Assembly: GCA_963764715.1 (NCBI GenBank)
Contig: CAVXTP010000003.1
Location: 32,001 to 96,000 of the forward strand
Origin: an uncultured Acidobacteriota bacterium
Lineage (GTDB): Bacteria > Acidobacteriota > Thermoanaerobaculia > UBA5066 > Gp7-AA6
Direction of reading: 5' to 3'
DNA length: 64,000 bases
The notes under the pieces are model-generated. The model ran no database searches. It was given only the letters and a program-made list of their open reading frames with translations, and was not told the DNA's origin. Both the position numbers and the translations under genes were made by a program. Shown here piece after piece: positions 57,616 through 64,000 of the stretch. Positions within the stretch are counted from its first letter, which is position 1, and each line of letters opens with the position of its first letter.

Positions 57616-59009
57616 GCCGGCTTCCGTGCGATCGCCAGCAGCGACATGCCCACCGAAGGCGGATTCGCCTCCTCGCGCTTCAGGATCGGGAGGAGAAGCT
57701 TGAAGGCGGCGAGCTGGGAGGCGGGGAGCACGCGGCGCCGGAGGAGCTTGCCGTTGACCCACCAGCCGAGAATGCCGGGACGGTTCAGGAAGCGCACGTC
57801 CTGGAGCTCGAACCCCGCGGCCCGGATCTTCTGCTCGAGCTCGGCCTTTTCGTAGCGGCGGACGTGGTGCAGGTGCTCGTCGAGCGAGCCGTAGAGCCTC
57901 TGGAGCGCCGGCACGATGAGGACCAGGCGGCCGCCCGGAGACAGCAGGGCGAAGAAGTCGGCCAGCGTCTCGGTGTCCTGGGCGATGTGCTCGAGCACGT
58001 TGAGGCACACGACCGTGTCGATCGCGAGCGACCGGATCTCGGCCCGCTCCGCCTCGCCGAGCGGGAAGGAGTACGAGGCGACCCGCACCCCGGGCTCGTC
58101 GCGGAAGGTCCCGCGCAGGTACTCGAGGGCCACCGGATCGAGGTCCGAGGCGACGACGAGCTCCCGGCCCGTCATGTGCCGCGTCATGTTGCCGAAGCCC
58201 GCGCCGATCTCGAGCACGCGCGAGCCGACCGAGCGCTCGAAGAGGCCGGCGAGCCAGCGGTTGTAGCCGTCGAGCCGGCCCATCCGGGCGAGCGTCACGT
58301 GGCCGACGTTCTTCGGGTCCTCGGCCTCGCGCACCGAGTGGCGGACGATCGTCCAGAGCGCCGAGAAGGCGTCCTTCCACCCGATCTTCTTGCCTTCCTC
58401 GTAGGTCCGGCCGTAGTAGGAGATCGGGACCTCGTAGATCCGGTAGCCGCGCCGCGCGACCTTGGCCGTGATCTCGGGCTCGATGCCGAAGCGCCTGGAC
58501 TCGATCCGCATCGAGGAGACGACCTCGCGGCGGAACATCTTGTAGCAGGTCTCCATGTCCGTCAGGTTCAGGTTCGTGAACATGTTGGACGCGAGCGTCA
58601 GGAAGCGGTTGCCGATCGTGTGCCAGAAGTAGAGCACCCGGCGGGCGCCGCCGCCCAGGAACCGCGAGCCGTACACGACGTCGGCGTGGCCCTGCTCGAT
58701 CGGCGCGAGGAGCTTCAGGTACTCCATCGGGTCGTACTCGAGGTCCGCGTCCTGGACGATGACGACGTCGCCGGTCGCGTGGTGAAACCCCGCCGAGACG
58801 GCCGCGCCCTTGCCCTGGTTGAACGGCTGGAAGATCACGCGCACGCCGTCCTTGCCGTCGAGCTCGCGGAGAATGTCCCGCGTTCCGTCCGTCGAGCCGT
58901 CGTCGACGATGACGATCTCCTTGTCGACCGGCACGGCCTGGACCCGGCGCACGATCTCGCGGATCGTCTTGGCCTCGTTGTACGCGGGCATCACGACGGA
59001 CAGCTTCAC
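57612..59009 (-). CDS. GT2 polyprenol-phosphate glycosyltransferase (DPM1-like) fused to a class I SAM methyltransferase
   Basis: LSVVMPAYNE, VDDGSTDGT, QDADLEYDP, DMETCYK; then VLEIGAGFG, NVLEHI, H.RRY. Confidence 0.88.
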   Translation of the reverse strand: MKLSVVMPAYNEAKTIREIVRRVQAVPVDKEIVIVDDGSTDGTRDILRELDGKDGVRVIFQPFNQGKGAAVSAGFHHATGDVVIVQDADLEYDPMEYLKLLAPIEQGHADVVYGSRFLGGGARRVLYFWHTIGNRFLTLASNMFTNLNLTDMETCYKMFRREVVSSMRIESRRFGIEPEITAKVARRGYRIYEVPISYYGRTYEEGKKIGWKDAFSALWTIVRHSVREAEDPKNVGHVTLARMGRLDGYNRWLAGLFERSVGSRVLEIGAGFGNMTRHMTGRELVVASDLDPVALEYLRGTFRDEPGVRVASYSFPLGEAERAEIRSLAIDTVVCLNVLEHIAQDTETLADFFALLSPGGRLVLIVPALQRLYGSLDEHLHHVRRYEKAELEQKIRAAGFELQDVRFLNRPGILGWWVNGKLLRRRVLPASQLAAFKLLLPILKREEANPPSVGMSLLAIARKPA

Positions 59010-60730
59010 GGCGTTACTCGCTCCGGCAGCTCGAAGAGGTAGATCGAATGCCCGACCCGGCCGACCGGCCTCGAGCGCGCGATGACGCGCTGCAGGCCGC
59101 GCTGCGCCTCGGCCATGGCTTCGTCGCCATGATACGCGGAAAACTCGGGGCCCGCCGTCAGCAGGAAGACCGAGATGGCGGCGAGCTTCCCCCGCACGAC
59201 CGGCAGCGCCGAGAAGTCGGGCACGCCCAGCCGGTACGAGACGTTGTCTCCCCCGAAGTAGGAGACCATCAGGTCCTCCCGCTTCACGCCGCGCCGGGAG
59301 AGCTCCGCCCGCAGGCGCCGCAGGTCGAGGCCCCAGTCGATGTTGGAGTCGGTCAGGATCCGCGCCCCGGCCTCCGGCCCGCCCGCGAGCGGGTTGAAGT
59401 AGGACAGCTCGAACGGGTGGATCCGCGCCACCTCGACGAGGCTCGCGAGCGGGAGCACGAGCCAGGCGGCCGCGGCGAGCCGGCGCCTCGGCGACTGCCC
59501 CCGGCGCGCCCACGTCCGCGCGAAGAGGGCGGCACCGAAGAGGGCGAGGAACGGGTACACCGGCAGGAGGTGCCGGATCCCGATGTTGTAGGTCGTCCCG
59601 ATCGACGCCAGGAAGAGGACGAGGACCGGCACGCCGAAGAGGCGCCACTCCTCGGAGAGACCCGGCCGCCGAAGGAGGGCGGCCCCGAGGACGGCGAGCG
59701 CCACGGCGAGGAACGCGAGCGTCGACTTCACGGCGAAGGCCACGAAGAAGTACTGCGGGAAGCCGTCGGTCGACAGCTTCCCGTCGAGGTACGTGATCCC
59801 GCCCCCGACCGCGTTCTGGCGCGCGACCGACGCGAGGCCCCCGACGTAGTGCGCGAGCGGCGCGGAAACGTCGGCGAACGACACGATGCGCTCCGCGAGC
59901 TCCGGCGCCTTCCCGAGCCCGCCGACCTTCTCGCGGATGATCGTCTTCTGGTCGGCGCGGTCCATCCCCGCCGTCACCGGGGCATAGACCGCGAGCACGA
60001 CGAGGAGGGCGCCGGCGCCCACCGCCGCGAGCCGGCCGAGACTCCCGAGGAGCCGCCGGCCGGAGCCTCCGCCCCGCCGGGCTTCGAGGAGCGTCTGGAG
60101 AAGGAGGATCGGCGCGAGGTAGACGGCCGAGAACTTCGTGGTCAGCGCGAGCCCGAGGCACACGGCGGCGAGCGCGACGCGCGCGGCCGAGGGTCGCTTC
60201 TCGGCGGCGTTCCAGGCGAGCACCGTCGCCAGAAACGCCAGCGCGGCGCCGAGGTCCGTGTGCACCACGCCGGCGTGCGCCAGCAGGTTCGGATCGAACG
60301 CCAGCAGCGCCACGGCGAAGAGCGCGGCCGCCGGGCCGTAGCGCGCCTTGCCCGCGAAGAAGACGAGCAGCAGCAGGACCGCCAGGACCCCCAGGAACGG
60401 CGCGCGCGCGGCCGCGATGATCCGGTCGGGAGGGACCCGGTTGCGGTAGAAGAAATCCGGACCGTAGTTGACGAAGAGGTTGCCCATCGGGATCTTCGCC
60501 GGCGGCGGCGCCAGGGGCAGCGCCGCGAGCGAGAGGCCCGCGAGCACCTTCATGAGCGGCGGGTGCTCGATGTTGACGATCGCCGACCGCTTCGCGACGG
60601 CGAAGTACCCCGAGAGGATGTGGATCGGCTCGTCGGCCGAGAGGGCGTCCTCCCGCGTGTGGTCGCGGACGAGGAAGACGGCGGCCCCCGCGAGGAGGAG
60701 CGCGCCGAGGAGGGCCGCGGGGGCTTTCAA
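59006..60730 (-). CDS. ArnT/PMT-like (GT-C) membrane glycosyltransferase
   Basis: SADEPIHI, EHPPLMK, DPNLLAH...TD, TKFS, GIRHLLP, YFN...DSNIDWG. TTG start overlapping the upstream stop. Confidence 0.82.
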   Translation of the reverse strand: MKAPAALLGALLLAGAAVFLVRDHTREDALSADEPIHILSGYFAVAKRSAIVNIEHPPLMKVLAGLSLAALPLAPPPAKIPMGNLFVNYGPDFFYRNRVPPDRIIAAARAPFLGVLAVLLLLVFFAGKARYGPAAALFAVALLAFDPNLLAHAGVVHTDLGAALAFLATVLAWNAAEKRPSAARVALAAVCLGLALTTKFSAVYLAPILLLQTLLEARRGGGSGRRLLGSLGRLAAVGAGALLVVLAVYAPVTAGMDRADQKTIIREKVGGLGKAPELAERIVSFADVSAPLAHYVGGLASVARQNAVGGGITYLDGKLSTDGFPQYFFVAFAVKSTLAFLAVALAVLGAALLRRPGLSEEWRLFGVPVLVLFLASIGTTYNIGIRHLLPVYPFLALFGAALFARTWARRGQSPRRRLAAAAWLVLPLASLVEVARIHPFELSYFNPLAGGPEAGARILTDSNIDWGLDLRRLRAELSRRGVKREDLMVSYFGGDNVSYRLGVPDFSALPVVRGKLAAISVFLLTAGPEFSAYHGDEAMAEAQRGLQRVIARSRPVGRVGHSIYLFELPERVTP

Positions 60731-61425
60731 CGCTTCGGGCCCGGCCCGAAACGGTGCCGGACGAGCGCCCCGAGCGCCGAGAAGCCGTCCTTCAGGCGGA
60801 TCTTCTTGCCCTCGGCCTGCGAGCGGCCGAAGTACGAGACCGGCACCTCGAAGATCCGGAACCCTCCCCGGGCCACCTTGGCCGTGATCTCGGCGTCGAC
60901 GCCGAAGCCCGGCGACTGGAGGTCGAGCGCCGGTACGACGCGGCGGTGAAACGCCTTGTAGCAGGTCGCCATGTCCGAGAGGTTCAGGCCCGTGACGACG
61001 TTGGAGATGAGCGTCAAAACGCGGTTGCCCTGCTGGTGCCAGAAGTTCTGGACGCGGTGCTCGGAGCTGCCGACGAAGCGCGAGCCGAAGACGACGTCCG
61101 CGCGGCCGGACTCGATCGGCTTGAGCAGTTGCGGATACTCGGCCGGGTCGTACTCGAGGTCGGCGTCCTGGATGATCAGGATCTCGCCCCGGGCGGCCTC
61201 GAGCGCCGTGCGGACGGCCCGGCCCTTGCCGAGGTTCTTCGGCTGCAGGATCACGCGGACCCCGGCGCGGCCGTCCCAGGCGCGGAGCTTCTCGCGGGTC
61301 CCGTCGGTCGAGCCGTCGTCCACGACGACGACTTCCTTCTCCGTCGGCTCGCTCGTGACGAGCCGGAGGATCTCGTCGATGGTCCGCTCTTCGTTGTAGA
61401 CGGGGATCAGGACGGAAAGCTTCAC
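60727..61425 (-). CDS. GT2 polyprenol-phosphate glycosyltransferase (DPM1-like)
   Basis: LSVLIPVYNE, VDDGSTDGT, QDADLEYDP, GSRF, EGKKI. GTG start at 61425. Confidence 0.9.
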   Translation of the reverse strand: MKLSVLIPVYNEERTIDEILRLVTSEPTEKEVVVVDDGSTDGTREKLRAWDGRAGVRVILQPKNLGKGRAVRTALEAARGEILIIQDADLEYDPAEYPQLLKPIESGRADVVFGSRFVGSSEHRVQNFWHQQGNRVLTLISNVVTGLNLSDMATCYKAFHRRVVPALDLQSPGFGVDAEITAKVARGGFRIFEVPVSYFGRSQAEGKKIRLKDGFSALGALVRHRFGPGPKR

Positions 61426-61450
61426 GGCGCTCCCGGAATGATACGCGAGT

Positions 61451-61480
61451 CGGTAAGCAGTAAGCAGTAAGCAGTAAGCG
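61451..61480. repeat. Heptamer tandem repeat (CRGTAAG x4)
   Basis: CGGTAAG CAGTAAG CAGTAAG CAGTAAG CG in a divergent intergenic region. Confidence 0.85.
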
Positions 61481-61504
61481 GGGGACGGTCTCATAATCGA
61501 GGGA

Positions 61505-63556
61505 ATGGCTCGACGAGTTCTTCTGGGGCTCGGGGTGTGCGCGGCGGTGGCGATGGGCGTCGCGCTGCGGCTGCATACGCGGGAGCAGGTCGCCGGAAGC
61601 GGGAGAATGCGGCCCTTCGACTCGGATTCGGCGTATCACCTGCGCCGGGCGCGCTTCGCCGCCGAACGCTTTCCGCGCACGATCCTCTTCGACCCGCTGA
61701 TGAATTTTCCCGACGGGGGCGTGCCGATCTGGCCGCCGCTCTACGACGTCGCGCTCGCCCTCCCGGCGCGGCTCGTGCACGGCGCGCGGGCGACCGACGA
61801 GCAGATCGCTCGCGCGGCCGCCTGGGTCCCGGTGACGCTCGCCGCCGGAACGATCGTTCTCGCCGCGCTCCTCGGCCGGCGCCTGCGGAGGCGGTCCGCC
61901 GCGGCCGCGCTCGCCGCCGCCGCATTCTTGGCGGTCTGCCCGGCGCACGTCCTCTGGACGCAGTACGGCCACACGGACCAGCACGCGGCCGAGTCCTTCG
62001 CCGGACTGCTGACGCTCCTCCTCTTTCTCCGCAGCCGCGAGCGGCCCGACGCCCCCGGCAACGCGGGCCGCGAGGCGTGGGCCGGCGTGGCCCTGGCGAT
62101 CGCGGTCCTGACGTGGCAGGGCGCGATCTACTGGGGCGCGATACTCGCGCTCGCCCTCTTCGTCGAGTCGATCCGGCGCAAAGCGAGCGTGCTCCGCGCC
62201 TGCCTGTGGACGCTGGGGCTCCCGGCCGCCCTGACCGCCGCGGCGACCGCGGCCTGGCTCGGCTGGGTTCGGCCTCCCCTGACGTACGTCTCCTTCGGGT
62301 TCTTCCAGCCGCTCTTCCTCGCCGCGCTCTGCGGCGGCACCGCGGCGCTCGCGCTCGCCGTCCGGAGTCTCCGGGGCCGGGCCTCGCGCGGCGAGATCTA
62401 CGGGACCCTCGCGCTCGTCGCGGCGGCGGCCGCGGCGACCCTCCCCTTCGCGGCGCCGCTTTCCGCCGGCGTCGCCAACGGGATCGGCTACGTCGCCGGC
62501 GCGACGCAGGAGGCGGCGGGACAGGGCGGCTACGTGTCGTATCCGAAGGACTGGCTCAAGGGCATCTTCGAGGCGCGCCCGCTCTTCGCCGACGGACCCG
62601 GCCTCGCCTGGCGGCAGCTTTCGGCGGCGTTCTTTCTTGCGCCCCTCGCCGTCCTCGTGTGGGGCGCGCGCGCCCTCCGCGGCGTCCGCCCCGGCGTGCA
62701 CGGCGCGCTCGCGATCTGGGGCGCCGTCACGCTCTTCCTCGCGGTTTCGCAGCGGCTCAACGTCTACTACGCCGCCCCGCTCGCGGCGCTCGCGCTGGTC
62801 GAGGCGGCCCGCTTCTCCGCCGCGCGGGTGCGCGGGCGGGGCCCGTCGCTCTCGGGGCTTCCCCGCCGGCTCGTCGCCGCCGCGGCGGGCCTCGTCCTGG
62901 CGCTGCCGATGGCGCCGGGCCTGAGAGAAGAGCTGGCAAGCACGCCGGTCCCGGGCTCGGACCTCTTCGAGACGCTCGACTGGATGCGCGCGAAGGTTCC
63001 CCACGCGATCGACGCCAGTGACCCCCGGCTTCTGGGCCCGCCGCCCTTCCCCGAGAGCCTCGGCCGCGCCTCCGCGGTGATGGCGCCGTGGTCGCTCGGG
63101 CACATGCTTCTTTACGGGGCCGGGCTCCCGGTCGTCGCGAACAACTTCGGCTACGGCTTTCTCGACTCGATCCGGTTCTTCCTCGCGCCGAGCGAGGAGG
63201 ACGCCCTGGCCATCGCCCGGCGCCACCGCGCGCGCTGGGTCGTGGCGACGGACCTCGTGCCGCGCATGAACGACTACGCCTCGTACCTCGGCAAACCGCC
63301 GCTCCTCGAGAACGGGCCGGAGGGGCCGGTCCCGACGGCCGCGTACTTCGGCACGATGCAGTCGCGGCTCTACGACTTCGAAGCGCGCGGCGGAAGCGTG
63401 CCGGGCCTCGAGATCGCCCCGCTGAAGCATTTCCGGCTGATCCACCGCTCGCAGAGCGCGATCCCCCGGGGAGGACGCTGGGTCGCGCGCTGGGCCGTCT
63501 ACGAGATCGTCGACGAGGCTCAGGGACCCGGCGCGGGAGGCGGCGCAGGCCCGTAG
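61505..63556 (+). CDS. STT3/AglB-like oligosaccharyltransferase
   Basis: DSDSAYHLRR, FDPLMNFPDG...WPPLYD, DQHAAE, TWQG, IFEARP, VMAPWSLGH, PVVANNF, RFFLA..EEDA follow the order of AglB motifs. Confidence 0.78.
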   Translation: MARRVLLGLGVCAAVAMGVALRLHTREQVAGSGRMRPFDSDSAYHLRRARFAAERFPRTILFDPLMNFPDGGVPIWPPLYDVALALPARLVHGARATDEQIARAAAWVPVTLAAGTIVLAALLGRRLRRRSAAAALAAAAFLAVCPAHVLWTQYGHTDQHAAESFAGLLTLLLFLRSRERPDAPGNAGREAWAGVALAIAVLTWQGAIYWGAILALALFVESIRRKASVLRACLWTLGLPAALTAAATAAWLGWVRPPLTYVSFGFFQPLFLAALCGGTAALALAVRSLRGRASRGEIYGTLALVAAAAAATLPFAAPLSAGVANGIGYVAGATQEAAGQGGYVSYPKDWLKGIFEARPLFADGPGLAWRQLSAAFFLAPLAVLVWGARALRGVRPGVHGALAIWGAVTLFLAVSQRLNVYYAAPLAALALVEAARFSAARVRGRGPSLSGLPRRLVAAAAGLVLALPMAPGLREELASTPVPGSDLFETLDWMRAKVPHAIDASDPRLLGPPPFPESLGRASAVMAPWSLGHMLLYGAGLPVVANNFGYGFLDSIRFFLAPSEEDALAIARRHRARWVVATDLVPRMNDYASYLGKPPLLENGPEGPVPTAAYFGTMQSRLYDFEARGGSVPGLEIAPLKHFRLIHRSQSAIPRGGRWVARWAVYEIVDEAQGPGAGGGAGP

Positions 63557-64000
63557 ACCCTCCACATCCCCATGGCCCGGCGCCGCTCTTCCGGCGTCGA
63601 GGCCTCGAGCGCGGTCGCGCGAAGCTCCTGCCGTCCCGGGTCCCGGCCCGAGAAGGCGCCGAGCGCCGCGGCCCGCCACAGGCGCCCCTCGTAGGAGAGC
63701 GCCGGCGGCCGCAGGAGCAGCGCGAGAAGCGGCGCCGCGCCGGCGAGGATTGCGACGGGAACCGCGGGCCGGACCGGCCGCGCCGCCCGCACGACGAGCG
63801 CGAAGGCGAAGAGCGCGACCGCCCACGGAAGGACGAGCGACGCCACGGCGCCGAGGCCGACCACCGTGCCGAGGCTCTGCGCCACCCAGCCGCGGGCGAG
63901 GAACCACGCCGAGGTCGTCACGGCCGGCCAGGCCTGGTCGGGCGAGAGGTGCGCGAAGGTCGAGGTCATGAGCGCGTGGGCGCCGACGGCGCAGACCGTG
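63520..64000 (-). CDS. C-terminal fragment of a membrane protein (starts beyond the window)
   Basis: Open frame with hydrophobic TM segments running to the window edge. Family cannot be determined. Confidence 0.55.
   Translation of the reverse strand, partial: TVCAVGAHALMTSTFAHLSPDQAWPAVTTSAWFLARGWVAQSLGTVVGLGAVASLVLPWAVALFAFALVVRAARPVRPAVPVAILAGAAPLLALLLRPPALSYEGRLWRAAALGAFSGRDPGRQELRATALEASTPEERRRAMGMWRVYGPAPPPAPGP

Noticed and set aside
59006-63907. 1633-aa ORF as a single giant protein (likewise 48868..53568, 34771..38514, 40366..43305)
   Set aside because: Only the 3' parts are real genes starting at overlapped GTG/TTG codons; the upstream extensions are alternative-frame read-through in GC-rich DNA.

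Overview
High-GC (visibly about 70%) bacterial window. The gene content (GWxTD protein, Oar-type TonB-dependent receptors, YfhO-like membrane proteins) suggests Acidobacteriota, but that is inference. Left to right: (1) DsbA-like protein, twin-domain aspartyl protease and GWxTD-like protein; (2) three tandem, mosaic, Cys-loop TonB-dependent receptors, each with its own promoter and terminator; (3) biotin-dependent acyl-CoA carboxylase genes, DUF507, TldD/TldE, TPR protein and selA; (4) a type IV pilus region with a sigma54 response regulator, a fimT-pilV-pilW-pilX-pilY1 operon (about 1900-aa PilY1 carrying a roughly 280-aa alternating-Thr insert), a HEAT-repeat PilT plus a second PilT, a sensor kinase, pilD and three near-identical GspG-like major pilins, each behind its own sigma54 promoter; (5) about 20 kb of membrane glycosylation genes: four YfhO-like, two GT87/PIG-M-like, two ArnT/PMT-like, two polyprenol-phosphate GT2 (one fused to a methyltransferase) and an archaeal-AglB-like STT3 oligosaccharyltransferase whose WWDYG motif reads APWSLG. 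The best candidate for an undescribed system is a sigma54-controlled, heavily glycosylated pilus/cell-surface apparatus. Indels cluster at 45.5-49.8 kb and are probably sequencing errors. Family assignments come from motif recognition by eye; no database search was run.
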